Shown: positions 39,125 through 47,861, numbered from the stretch's first letter. The stretch is 64,000 bases of DNA from Candidatus Calditenuaceae archaeon (GCA_025058225.1 JANXEE010000019.1:1938-65937); one strand, 5' to 3'. The notes: generated from the letters alone by a model not told the origin. Program-made: numbers and translations.

Positions 39125-39289
39125 AACGTTCTGCAGGGTCTACTAGAAATAACTTAAGCCCGGACTCGTGAAACGTTGAATAATTGATGACCGACACAAC
39201 GCCCACAGAGCCCGAGGGAAGCCACTCCATCGGAGAGGCAACCATCGATCTGCGGACCGATAGCGGTGACGGACCCGGAGTCGATTGAA

Positions 39290-40066
39290 TTAATCCCTAC
39301 CACGCCTAGAGAGGATCTCAACCCAGGGGTTGTCCCGGAGGAAGCTCGGAAGACCCTCTTGCCCCCGCGCAGCCCCCTCTTCATTCCCCACTCCCACTTC
39401 GACTGTCACCATTCTCCTGTCACCGGCCTCTAGGGCCTCAACTCTCTTCGCCAACCTCGCAAGGTGTGCCTTGATAGACTCGAGTTCGGAGACGATATCG
39501 CCGAGCTGTTCTAAGGAGCTGACCCTGACCTCGAGCCTCTCAAGTCTGTCGATCAAGTTCTCGAGGTTTGCCCGGGCCGTGGAACCTGCAACCTGACCGG
39601 TATCGATGACCCTCTGCTTGAGGGCGTTCTCTAACGCGTCCATCTTCTTCAAGAGCTCGTTGATCGCACCCCTCATCTCCTCTAGGACCGGTGCGTGGGT
39701 CTGTGGACCCTCTGAATGCCTCGACGCGTGGTGCGTCCTTACCCGGGGAGGCACTACCTCTTCGACGGAGAGGTCGTCGTACGTGACCAGCCCCAAGCCG
39801 TGAACCCTGAAGACGTACTCTCCGACCCTGTCCGCGATTCTGCGAGGGGTCGCGACGTATGCGAACCTTCCCTTACCGACCTCCATCGAGGCCTCCATCA
39901 GCGCAGAGACCAGCTCAGAGATGGAAACTTCCTCATCGACCACCTTAACGCAGCCCTCGGATGAACCCTGAGAGATCAGTATCTGGTCCTCCTCGATCGC
40001 GACTAAGTACCCTGCCCTCCTGAAGTAATCTGCGATGCGCGCCCTTACTCCTCGCTCAGCGGCCAA
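39290..40066 (-). CDS. hypothetical coiled-coil protein
   Basis: 258 aa. A globular N-terminal domain of about 110 aa is followed by long heptad-like helices (INELLKKMDALENALKQ...LERLEVRVSSLEQL...LARLAKRVEALE). The C-terminal peptide is SFLRDNPWVEILSRRG. Confidence 0.6.
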   Translation of the reverse strand: MAAERGVRARIADYFRRAGYLVAIEEDQILISQGSSEGCVKVVDEEVSISELVSALMEASMEVGKGRFAYVATPRRIADRVGEYVFRVHGLGLVTYDDLSVEEVVPPRVRTHHASRHSEGPQTHAPVLEEMRGAINELLKKMDALENALKQRVIDTGQVAGSTARANLENLIDRLERLEVRVSSLEQLGDIVSELESIKAHLARLAKRVEALEAGDRRMVTVEVGVGNEEGAARGQEGLPSFLRDNPWVEILSRRGRD

Positions 40067-40109
40067 CCATTAGGTCAAATCTGCGGACGGATATGAAACT
40101 CTCGTCGCC

Positions 40110-40886
40110 TCATCCCGAGTGTGAGAGGAAGTCCAACCGGCCTCCGTCGATCGTGATCACCTGGCCTGTGATGAAGGAAGCCCCCTCCGAGACGAGGAAG
40201 GCCACCAGCTGTGCGACCTCCTCCGACCTTCCGACTCTCTTGAGCGAAGTCCTCTCCGAGGTCCAACGTATGAGCTCCTCCGCCTCCTCCTTGGGACTGC
40301 CGAAGACGAGATCGGTCAAGATGAGACCCGGTGCGACCGCGTTCACGGTGATGCCGTATTCTCCGAGCTCCATCGCAAGTCTCTTAGTCAGCACGACGAT
40401 CGCGGCCTTGCTCATCGCGTAGAACGTGGTGTTCCTAGCGCTAGTTCCGAAGCCGGCGATAGAGCTCACGTTCACGATCCGACCCCATCTGTTCACCCTC
40501 ATGTAAGGCACCGCAGCGGCTGTGCAGTTCACGACGCCTTTCACGTTCACCGAATAAAGCCTGTCGAGTATCGAGATGTCGTCCATAACGCCCCCCCTCA
40601 GGAAGATGCCTGCGTTGTTCACCAACACGTCGAGCCTCCCGAACGCTGCAATGGTCTCCCCGACGAGCCTCTCGGCCTCCTCTCTCACCGAAACGTCAGC
40701 CCTCACGGCTATCGCTTTACCGCCGAGGCTCTCAATGACCTCGAGCGTTTTCTTAGCCTCATTCTCTCTGTTCAGGTAATTACACACGACGCTACAACCA
40801 ATTCTCGCGAGCTCAATGGCTATCGCCCTGCCGATGCCCCTGGAGGAACCGGTTACGATAGCGACCCGCCCGTCCAGCCCTCCCAT
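40110..40886 (-). CDS. short-chain dehydrogenase/reductase (FabG-like)
   Basis: [16 protein letters not shown] and YAMSKAA are the classical SDR motifs. Confidence 0.9.
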   Translation of the reverse strand: MGGLDGRVAIVTGSSRGIGRAIAIELARIGCSVVCNYLNRENEAKKTLEVIESLGGKAIAVRADVSVREEAERLVGETIAAFGRLDVLVNNAGIFLRGGVMDDISILDRLYSVNVKGVVNCTAAAVPYMRVNRWGRIVNVSSIAGFGTSARNTTFYAMSKAAIVVLTKRLAMELGEYGITVNAVAPGLILTDLVFGSPKEEAEELIRWTSERTSLKRVGRSEEVAQLVAFLVSEGASFITGQVITIDGGRLDFLSHSG

Positions 40887-40983
40887 TACCCGACCAAGCT
40901 TCGCCGAGACTATTAGGTTAACCGGCCTTAATTGCGATGAAAATTCACATTAATAGAATGGCGGGCCGAAGTGGTTTACAGGG

Positions 40984-41874
40984 TTGCGTCCGCAAACTAA
41001 GACGGTCCTCACAACTACCACCCTCAGGACGTACTTCAGGCTCACTAAACCGAACGTGTGGTGGCTCCTGGTCTTCACGGGGATCGGTGGCTTCTTCGTC
41101 GGGTCTGCTGGGCGCTTGGACTTGGGCCTCCTCCTTCTGACGGCCTTCGCCTTGACTTGCGGATCAGCAGGATCGGAGACCATATCCAACTACATCGAGA
41201 GGGAGACGGACGCGTTGATGTCGAGGACAAGGAAGAGGCCGCTGCCCTCAGGTGCGATCACACCTCCCGAGAAGGCCCTGTGGCTCGGACTCGTTCTGAC
41301 CATCGCTGGCGTCGCCGCCTCAGCGCTCATCAACGTCTACGCCTTGTTGTTCATGGTGATCGGGGTACTGGACTACGTGGTCGTTTACGTACTACTGACC
41401 AAGAAACGGACACCCCTGAACATACTGCTCGGCAGCTTCGCGGGTGGAGCACCAGCCATGATCGGATACGTCTCCGCCAAAGGCATCCCCGACCTGACGG
41501 GGTGGTTGTTGGCCGCACTCGTCGTTCTTTGGATACCTGCACACGTCTGGAGCCTGGCCCTGAGGTACAAGGAGGACTATAGGAGGGCCGGGATACCCAT
41601 GTTGCCGGTCGTTGTGAACGAGAGGAAGGCCATACGGTGCATCGTATCAACGGTGATTCTGCTGGTGGCGTTCTCGCTGACCCTCCCCCTGATCGAGCAG
41701 AGGCTCGGTACGGTCTATTTGGCCGCTGCCCTGGTCACCGGTGCGATCCTGATCTACCTGAGCCTCCGGACCGCTCTGAGACCTGACTTCAGCAACTTCT
41801 GGAGACTCTTCAAGTTCACAAGCCCGCACCTGGCGGTCCTTTACGGGGCCATGATGATCGACCTGCTCTTATAA
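40984..41874 (+). CDS. ctaB: protoheme IX farnesyltransferase (heme O synthase)
   Basis: UbiA-fold protein with the N-terminus YFRLTKPNVWWLLVFTGIGG and the Asp-rich NYIERETDALMSRTRKRPLPSG, typical of CtaB/CyoE. The start is TTG. Confidence 0.85.
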   Translation: MRPQTKTVLTTTTLRTYFRLTKPNVWWLLVFTGIGGFFVGSAGRLDLGLLLLTAFALTCGSAGSETISNYIERETDALMSRTRKRPLPSGAITPPEKALWLGLVLTIAGVAASALINVYALLFMVIGVLDYVVVYVLLTKKRTPLNILLGSFAGGAPAMIGYVSAKGIPDLTGWLLAALVVLWIPAHVWSLALRYKEDYRRAGIPMLPVVVNERKAIRCIVSTVILLVAFSLTLPLIEQRLGTVYLAAALVTGAILIYLSLRTALRPDFSNFWRLFKFTSPHLAVLYGAMMIDLLL

Positions 41875-41957
41875 GAAAGGCCGGTCGTGCACCTTCAGCC
41901 CCTTACGGATACCGGCATTAGGACTTTTATAGGAAGACGAACATCTCGTTTTGGAAT

Positions 41958-42389
41958 ATGAGCGTGCCGATCGACGTGAAGACGACGCTTGAGCGGTTCA
42001 GGAGGTTCATGATCTACAACACATGCCTCTCCTTCATCCCAAAGGGGTACCTGAAGGACCCGACCGTCTTCCCGGAGAGGAACAACGACAAGGGCCAGAT
42101 CTACCTGGAGGCCGCGGCGAAGATCGAGCTCGCAAAGATCAGGGACATCACCTTCGTAAAAGCGGTGGACGTCCTCGGGGTAATCTACGCCTCCAAGAGC
42201 GGCAACACTCAGCTCAGGTGGAGGCAGATCAGCGGCTCACTCGGCAGGCTGACGGGACAGGCGTCACTCAACTCGCTCGTCAACCTCATCGAGTCCAAAG
42301 TCCTCACGCGGGAGTACGTACAGGGCCTGGTCTCCCACATGCAGGAGCTCAAGGCCGCGAAAGAGGACGAGGGCTCAGCCGAGGATTAA
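41958..42389 (+). CDS. hypothetical protein
   Basis: 143-aa ORF with an ATG start and no recognisable motif. Its 3' end overlaps the convergent archaemetzincin gene by 15 nt. Confidence 0.5.
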   Translation: MSVPIDVKTTLERFRRFMIYNTCLSFIPKGYLKDPTVFPERNNDKGQIYLEAAAKIELAKIRDITFVKAVDVLGVIYASKSGNTQLRWRQISGSLGRLTGQASLNSLVNLIESKVLTREYVQGLVSHMQELKAAKEDEGSAED

Positions 42390-42878
42390 GGTCCTGCAGC
42401 GGTCGCAGGGCGCGACGCCCTTCTCGTCCGTGTCCTCTATCGAGTTGCTGAAGTACATCACGCACTCCCTCCTCGGGCAGTGCCTCAACCCCAAGAGGTG
42501 GCCGAGCTCGTGGGCAATCTCCTTCCTAACCCTCTCGACGAACATCCGGGGATCGGGGTGCCTGAGCCTGAAGGTCGAGACCACCGCGGACCTCCTGTAC
42601 GCGAGCCCGAAGCAGAAGTTGAAGCCGTCGACGAAGATGTCGCTCAGTACGAGGATGAGCAGAAACCCCCTCTCGGGCACCATCGACTCGGTCCTCTTCA
42701 GCAGCTGTAGCGCGTCTACCTGACCTCGCCTCCTGTTCGTCGAGGCCGCGATGTGGTCCGCTAGGTCAGACCTCTCTACCCTCAAGGGCAGGCCGTAGAC
42801 CTCCTCGACCACCGAGACCGCGCTCAGCGCCTCGCCCTCGACCCGCTCGTCGACGACCACCAGCACCCTTCCCCGCAT
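42375..42878 (-). CDS. amzA: archaemetzincin (zinc metalloprotease)
   Basis: HELGHLLGLRHCPRRECVMYFSNSIEDTDEKGVAPCDRC matches the HExxHxxGxxHC...C(x)M...CxxC signature. Confidence 0.85.
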   Translation of the reverse strand: MRGRVLVVVDERVEGEALSAVSVVEEVYGLPLRVERSDLADHIAASTNRRRGQVDALQLLKRTESMVPERGFLLILVLSDIFVDGFNFCFGLAYRRSAVVSTFRLRHPDPRMFVERVRKEIAHELGHLLGLRHCPRRECVMYFSNSIEDTDEKGVAPCDRCRTLILG

Positions 42879-43080
42879 GCGAGCCGTTTCGTCCCGCGCC
42901 CGATTTAAGCCCAGCTCTCAGAATCGGACCGAAGTTCGCGTTACGCGTGAATCGCACTCAGACTGAACGAGCCGCTCGGTGACATCAAGTCAGGCAACCC
43001 TTCACTCATGCTTCAAAGGTGTTACATCTCAGCGGTTCACCATCCCCGCAGTCTACAAATGTGAATTCGTGCACAATAAC

Positions 43081-43092
43081 ATACGATCGTAT
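43081..43092. promoter_or_regulatory. perfect 12-bp palindrome ATACGATCGTAT upstream of the first 12-TM paralog
   Basis: Self-complementary by inspection, lying 43-54 nt upstream of the GTG at 43135. A related CATACAGATCG sits at 52009-52019 upstream of the second paralog. Confidence 0.4.
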
Positions 43093-43134
43093 ACAATAGA
43101 AGATCTATGAGGTGCCTGCGGCATTATTCTATCT

Positions 43135-44583
43135 GTGAGGGCGGAAATCAACACGATTAGGATAGGACTCAACCTCCCCCTCTTCATCGCTGCTATGATA
43201 GCGATTGGCACCGGGACGCTGGTGGGAATGATGGGTATTTGGGGAGCCGCCGCTTGGGGTCGACCTGTTCCGGAATGGGAGAAGGTCGGTCACGCGCACA
43301 GCTCTTGGTGGGCCGTCCTGATCATGATAGCGGCGATGGTCCTCCCAAGCCTCAGCATCAAGCCTTGGGCGAAGAAGCTTATCATCGCCGGGACTTACTT
43401 GGGCCCAACGCTCTGGGTCGGCGTGCTGGCGACCTACTACGAGATCGGAGGCCCCGCGATCTGGAGGATCGAGGCCCCTGCCGCGCCCGGGACCTACTAC
43501 GATCTGCCTCTGATCGGACTGATCGCGGCCTTCCTCGAGTTCTTAGGGTTCGTCGCGCTGGGGATCGTGGGCCTATCCGCCGCGGGCGTTAGGCTGCCGC
43601 TGATCTCGGCCGAGTCGCCGCCGCCGAAGTCCAAGTACGAGCTCATCTCGGACATCGAAGTCCCCAAGAGGATTTTCCTGATCCCGACGCTGGCGATAGC
43701 ACTCGGCGTCATAGTGGGCTTCGGGATAAACGCGGTCTTCAAGGTCACCCACAGGCCGATCTCGCCCGCCGCCCTCGTCCAGCTCCACGACCACACAGCC
43801 CTCATCGCGGTGAGCTCCCTGATCGTCCTCATGACGATGAGCGTCCTCGGAGTTAGCGAGCGGGTTCAGCAGATCGGATACAGGTTGATGCAGGTCGCCG
43901 TGCCACTGACGATCGCCGGCCTCTTCGCCTTCAACTTCTTGGGCGTCCACAGCGTCCTCTGGGTCGCGCCCGCAGGAATTTACTACGCACTGCTCCTCGC
44001 GATGATACCGGCTGCGCTCGGCCGCTTCACCAGGAAGGGGTCCGGTGGTGAGCGCGGAGTTCAGGGATTGCACGTCCCAGCCTTCAGGTGGGGCATCGCA
44101 GTGATCTTCGCCGGGCTCGCCCTGCTCATAGCGACTGGGGCCGCGATTGCACTGATCTGGGACACGAACCCAAACCTCACGGTCACCTACAAGCAGCCCG
44201 AGGGCTCGCCTTATCCAGGTCCTTACCCGGTCACGTACACCGGCACCGCGCCGGTGAGGGGCACGCCCAGGGGCCTTGAGAACGCACATCTCAGCCCCGG
44301 AAGCTGGTACCACGTCGCGGCCGTCTGGATGATCACGTTGATGATCTTCGGGCCCTCGCTGCTGGGAGCGAGGCTGGGGCTGCTGATCCTCTTCGCGGCG
44401 ACGATACCTCTGGCGCCGACCTTTAACGTGATCGGGAGGTACTTCGCGTGGCTGGGCATACCGAACGGCATCGGGGCCCTCTGGTTCGCCGGTCACCCGC
44501 TGAAGGGCTTCAACCTGATCGCGCTCTTCGCGATCGCCGTCATAGCAGTCTACCTCATCGCAAAGGGTAAGAAGCAAACTTAA
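43135..44583 (+). CDS. His/Trp-rich 12-TM membrane protein, unknown family (paralog 1)
   Basis: 482 aa with about 12 hydrophobic helices. Notable motifs are IWGAAAWGRPVPEWEKVGHAHSSWW, QLHDH, NAHLSPGSWYH and WFAGHP. It is roughly 80% identical in protein to the ORF at 52054. Confidence 0.8.
   Translation: MRAEINTIRIGLNLPLFIAAMIAIGTGTLVGMMGIWGAAAWGRPVPEWEKVGHAHSSWWAVLIMIAAMVLPSLSIKPWAKKLIIAGTYLGPTLWVGVLATYYEIGGPAIWRIEAPAAPGTYYDLPLIGLIAAFLEFLGFVALGIVGLSAAGVRLPLISAESPPPKSKYELISDIEVPKRIFLIPTLAIALGVIVGFGINAVFKVTHRPISPAALVQLHDHTALIAVSSLIVLMTMSVLGVSERVQQIGYRLMQVAVPLTIAGLFAFNFLGVHSVLWVAPAGIYYALLLAMIPAALGRFTRKGSGGERGVQGLHVPAFRWGIAVIFAGLALLIATGAAIALIWDTNPNLTVTYKQPEGSPYPGPYPVTYTGTAPVRGTPRGLENAHLSPGSWYHVAAVWMITLMIFGPSLLGARLGLLILFAATIPLAPTFNVIGRYFAWLGIPNGIGALWFAGHPLKGFNLIALFAIAVIAVYLIAKGKKQT
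43585..43644 (+). repeat. 60-nt tract 59/60 identical to 52504..52563
   Basis: Hand alignment shows a single G/A difference. The surrounding paralog DNA is visibly more diverged (many third-position changes). Confidence 0.85.
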
Positions 44584-44607
44584 CCCAGAACACACGCCTC
44601 GCGTCCC

Positions 44608-44614
44608 TTTTTTT
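44608..44614 (+). terminator. T7 tract, likely archaeal terminator of paralog 1
   Basis: TTTTTTT lies 25 nt after the stop codon. Confidence 0.45.
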
Positions 44615-44726
44615 GGTTCACTCCTCTCCTAAGGTCACTGATGCGTCGCGGTCTTATCTGCCTCGCCAGCTGGTCCGTTCGAGCGCCGCCCTAATACTAA
44701 TGGGGCTGTCTGAAAAATCCGGTCTG

Positions 44727-45275
44727 ATGCTGGTGGTGATGCTCCTCGGGACACCGGGCGTCGGGAAGAGCACCGTCGGGAGGGAGCTCGCGTCGAGGCT
44801 CGGCCTGAGGCTGGTCGAGGTAACGGATCTTGCTGGCGGCGAGGAGGAGGTCGACCCGAGGGCCCTCTCCGCGAGGGGCGGTTCTATGCTCACGAAACAC
44901 GGAGGTGGTGTAATCTCGAGCCACATTGTCTTCAAGCCGAGGGCCGTGAACGTGACTCGGGTAATCGTCCTCAGGAGGGACCCGCTCGAACTGATAGAGG
45001 TGCTCAGGTCACGGGGTTACGATGAACCCAAAGTCCTAGAGAACGTCGAGTCCGAATTCATCGGGGTCGTCCACTGGGAGGCGATTAAGAAGTTCGGGGA
45101 ACGGCTTGTTCTCCAGTTGAACGTGACAAACAGGGATCTGAATGACGTTGTCGAACTGGCTCTGAGAGCGGTCGATGACGTCAGCGTCGGGGAGCACTTG
45201 GATTGGTTGGAGGTCCTCGACGAGTCTCGGCTCGAGAGGCTGCTCCGCTACCTCTCGTCAGCCCGTCTCCATTAA
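44727..45275 (+). CDS. Fap7/AK6-like putative adenylate kinase (P-loop NTPase)
   Basis: MLVVMLLGTPGVGKSTVGRELA is the Walker A motif at the N-terminus, and the size is about 180 aa. The ORF-track start at 44613 adds an unlikely 38-aa extension. Confidence 0.7.
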   Translation: MLVVMLLGTPGVGKSTVGRELASRLGLRLVEVTDLAGGEEEVDPRALSARGGSMLTKHGGGVISSHIVFKPRAVNVTRVIVLRRDPLELIEVLRSRGYDEPKVLENVESEFIGVVHWEAIKKFGERLVLQLNVTNRDLNDVVELALRAVDDVSVGEHLDWLEVLDESRLERLLRYLSSARLH

Positions 45276-46316
45276 GATCTGCTCAGCCCTCGCAGCGACC
45301 GCCTCAGCCATCTCCAACATGCTGGCGTTACCTCCGAGGTCGTAAGTGACACGTTTCCTCTCAGCGACGACGTCCTCGAGAGCCTTGAAGATCGCCACCC
45401 CCTCCCTCTTAAAACCGAGGTACTCCAACATCCATGCAGCCGAGAGCAGCATCGCCGTGGGGTTGACCCTGTACTGACCCTTGTACTTCGGCGCGCTGCC
45501 GTGTGCGGGTTCGAACATCGCGTACCTGTCCCCGAAGTTCGCTGAATAAATCATTCCTATGTTGGCTACTAGTGCAGATGCGAGCTCCGACAGGACGTCC
45601 ATGAACAGGTTCGTGCTGAGTATCACGTTGTTGTTGAACCTCTGAGGGTTCTTGACCAGTTGCTGAGCCATGTTGTCGATGTAGTACTCCTCCAGAGCGA
45701 TGTCGGGGTACCGGGAGGCGACCCGTTGAACCGCGTTGAAGAACACCGTGTCAGTCAGTCTGAGGATGTTCCTCTTGGTGACCGCTATTACCTTCCTGAA
45801 GCCCCTACGCTGAGCCTCCTCGAACGCATACCTCGCAACCCTCTCGGACGAGCTATCTGAGATCCTCCTGAGAGCGACGGCAGTGCCTGGAGAGATCATG
45901 AACTCTATGCCGATGTACAGCCCCTCTGTGGCCTCTCTCACGCAGACGAAGTCCACATCGCCGAGGGGGCCGGGAAGGCCCTTGAATGTCTTGATCGGCC
46001 TGACGTTCGCGTATAGGTCCATTCGTTGACGTATGCTGACCGCAACGCTCTTCGGCGCATCGGGATCCGGAGGCGTTGTCGTGGGTGCCTTGAGGCAGGC
46101 ATCGCTGTTCAGTATGGCCTCCCATGTGTCGTCGGGGATCAAAGCGGGGGTTTTCGGCTTGCCAGCAGAGATCCACCAGTCGTATCCCGCATCCTTCACC
46201 AGCACTTCGATTCCCGGGTTGATCTTGTCGAGGACTAAGAGCGTAGCCTCTGTCAGCTCGGGCCCAGTTCCGTCACCCTTTATCAGGACAACAGACTTGG
46301 TCCTTGACAAACTCAA
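45258..46316 (-). CDS. isopropylmalate/homoisocitrate/isocitrate dehydrogenase family
   Basis: 352 aa with IKGDGTGPE, NLFMDVLSELASAL and FEPAHGSAPKYKG motifs. The size fits LeuB or HICDH rather than NADP-IDH. Confidence 0.88.
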   Translation of the reverse strand: MSLSRTKSVVLIKGDGTGPELTEATLLVLDKINPGIEVLVKDAGYDWWISAGKPKTPALIPDDTWEAILNSDACLKAPTTTPPDPDAPKSVAVSIRQRMDLYANVRPIKTFKGLPGPLGDVDFVCVREATEGLYIGIEFMISPGTAVALRRISDSSSERVARYAFEEAQRRGFRKVIAVTKRNILRLTDTVFFNAVQRVASRYPDIALEEYYIDNMAQQLVKNPQRFNNNVILSTNLFMDVLSELASALVANIGMIYSANFGDRYAMFEPAHGSAPKYKGQYRVNPTAMLLSAAWMLEYLGFKREGVAIFKALEDVVAERKRVTYDLGGNASMLEMAEAVAARAEQILMETG

Positions 46317-46356
46317 CCTTACCTCGGTTAGCTTCTAATAAACCATCAGTCCTTTG

Positions 46357-46700
46357 TCAGCGAAGTCCCCTGCCACCGAGTGAAAGCGCGATCACCAAGG
46401 GTTGCGCGACGACCGCGATTACGTAAGCCGGAAGACTGAACAGATAGGCCGCGAACTCGGCATACGTTAGACCGAACTCCGGTGCCGTGAATATGTCGCC
46501 AAGGAAAAGGGCAAGTTTTACAGCCGACCAGATCGCCAAGATCACGCGTCCCCGTTGCACTCGCTGAAGGACCACTGGGTAAGCCGCAAAGTCCAAGGCC
46601 GTTATGACCAGGAGGCCGTAAGCGTGCGAGGGTGCCACCGTCCAGAGCTCAGCGTCCGTGAGCAAGAGCGTGACTTGAGCGGCGATGGAGATCGAGTGTG
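46357..46700 (-). CDS. small hydrophobic protein (3-4 TM), start unresolved
   Basis: The C-terminal about 110 aa of ORF 46357..46950 are strongly hydrophobic. The N-terminal part of that ORF overlaps the cupredoxin gene out of frame and looks non-coding. There is no clear start codon. Confidence 0.35.
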
Positions 46701-46703
46701 GAA

Positions 46704-47330
46704 CTAACGCCGACGGGACCTTGCCAGCCAAACGATTGCACCCGATGCAGCGGCCGCTATCAAGACCGCCGCTAAGACCAGCGTAACTTGGTCGGTGCCT
46801 TGAGGCGTAGTGGTAGGGGTCGTGGTGGCTGCAGGTGTCTGCACCGTCCCGGTCGGTCCGGTTTGAGTCGTTGTAACCCCGTAAATCACGATCGTGGCCT
46901 CCTGTCCCCGCTCCCTGTGGCTCTGTCCCACGAAGGGCGCGACGCTGCAATAGTACTTGAACTCCCCGGGGAAGTTGGCCACGAACTCTATCACCTGTTC
47001 CTGACCCCTGGAGAGCCTCCTGCTCTTAACGTTGTACGGAGACGGCGAGTTCGCGTCCAGCACGAAGTCGTGAACGGTTGGGCCTGAGCCGTTGCCGATC
47101 AGCCTTATCCTGATGACCTCTCCCTGATATCCGATCAGCGTCGGTCCACCCCTTGAGGCGTTGAAACCGTAGTCGTTGAGGTAGAGTGTGTAGCTCCTCA
47201 CCCTGTCGCCTGTCACGACGACCTGCTGCTCGGTCCTTGTTTCGTAATCATATACGTACCCGTAGGCTTGTTGGATCGCGAGAGAGAGCAGGAGATGAAC
47301 CGCAACCAGCGTTACCCATGAATACTTCAT
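46704..47330 (-). CDS. membrane-anchored cupredoxin-like (blue-copper-type) protein
   Basis: The signal peptide is MKYSWVTLVAVHLLLSLAIQQAYG. The beta-rich domain has VHDFVL and FKYYCSVAPFVGQSH. A Thr/Pro-rich linker is followed by a C-terminal TM segment and an RSRRR tail. Confidence 0.6.
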   Translation of the reverse strand: MKYSWVTLVAVHLLLSLAIQQAYGYVYDYETRTEQQVVVTGDRVRSYTLYLNDYGFNASRGGPTLIGYQGEVIRIRLIGNGSGPTVHDFVLDANSPSPYNVKSRRLSRGQEQVIEFVANFPGEFKYYCSVAPFVGQSHRERGQEATIVIYGVTTTQTGPTGTVQTPAATTTPTTTPQGTDQVTLVLAAVLIAAAASGAIVWLARSRRR

Positions 47331-47387
47331 TAATACCCAATTTCACAGCCAGGATATTAAACGTTCCTATACGTTGACGTCGAAATT

Positions 47388-47861
47388 TCATGCTTTCGAG
47401 GGCCTTGCGACCTCCAAAACCTTTGCGCCCGAGAGCCTGAGGAGGTCATCGGTCCTTAACCTGATGAGCGTGTCGGTGGACCCGCCCGACGTCACGACCT
47501 CCTCGAACCTGAGAAGCCCTCTGTCGGCGATCACCCTGATGTTCGCTCTGTGATTGAAGGGGGGAACACCACCTGCAACGTAGCCTGTCAGTCGATGGAC
47601 TTCCTCCCTTGAGGCGAGCCTGAAGTTAGTCCCGAGGGCCTCGGAGAGCTTCGACCTGTCAACGCTTCTGTCGCCCGAGCAGAGCACAACCACCGCGCTT
47701 TCCCCGGCAACGAAGACCACGTTTTTCACGATCATGGAGGGGTCACAGCCGACTGACCTGGCGGCGCTCTCAACCGTCGCCGCCTCGTCTCCCTTGAGCC
47801 GGTATAGGGTGAACTCGACGCCCCTCTGTTTTAAGAACTCCATGACCGCCTCGTGACCCAC
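47388..47861 (-). CDS. YbaK/EbsC-type aminoacyl-tRNA deacylase domain protein
   Basis: 157 aa. VKNVVFV...LTGYVAGGVPPFNH is typical of the YbaK/ProX editing fold. Confidence 0.8.
   Translation of the reverse strand: MGHEAVMEFLKQRGVEFTLYRLKGDEAATVESAARSVGCDPSMIVKNVVFVAGESAVVVLCSGDRSVDRSKLSEALGTNFRLASREEVHRLTGYVAGGVPPFNHRANIRVIADRGLLRFEEVVTSGGSTDTLIRLRTDDLLRLSGAKVLEVARPSKA

Noticed and set aside
46704-46950. The N-terminal 80 aa of ORF 46357..46950 as a real protein overlapping the cupredoxin gene.
   Set aside because: That part is Arg/Gly/Asp-rich and out of frame within the well-supported cupredoxin C-terminus. Only the hydrophobic part downstream of the cupredoxin stop was kept, at low confidence.
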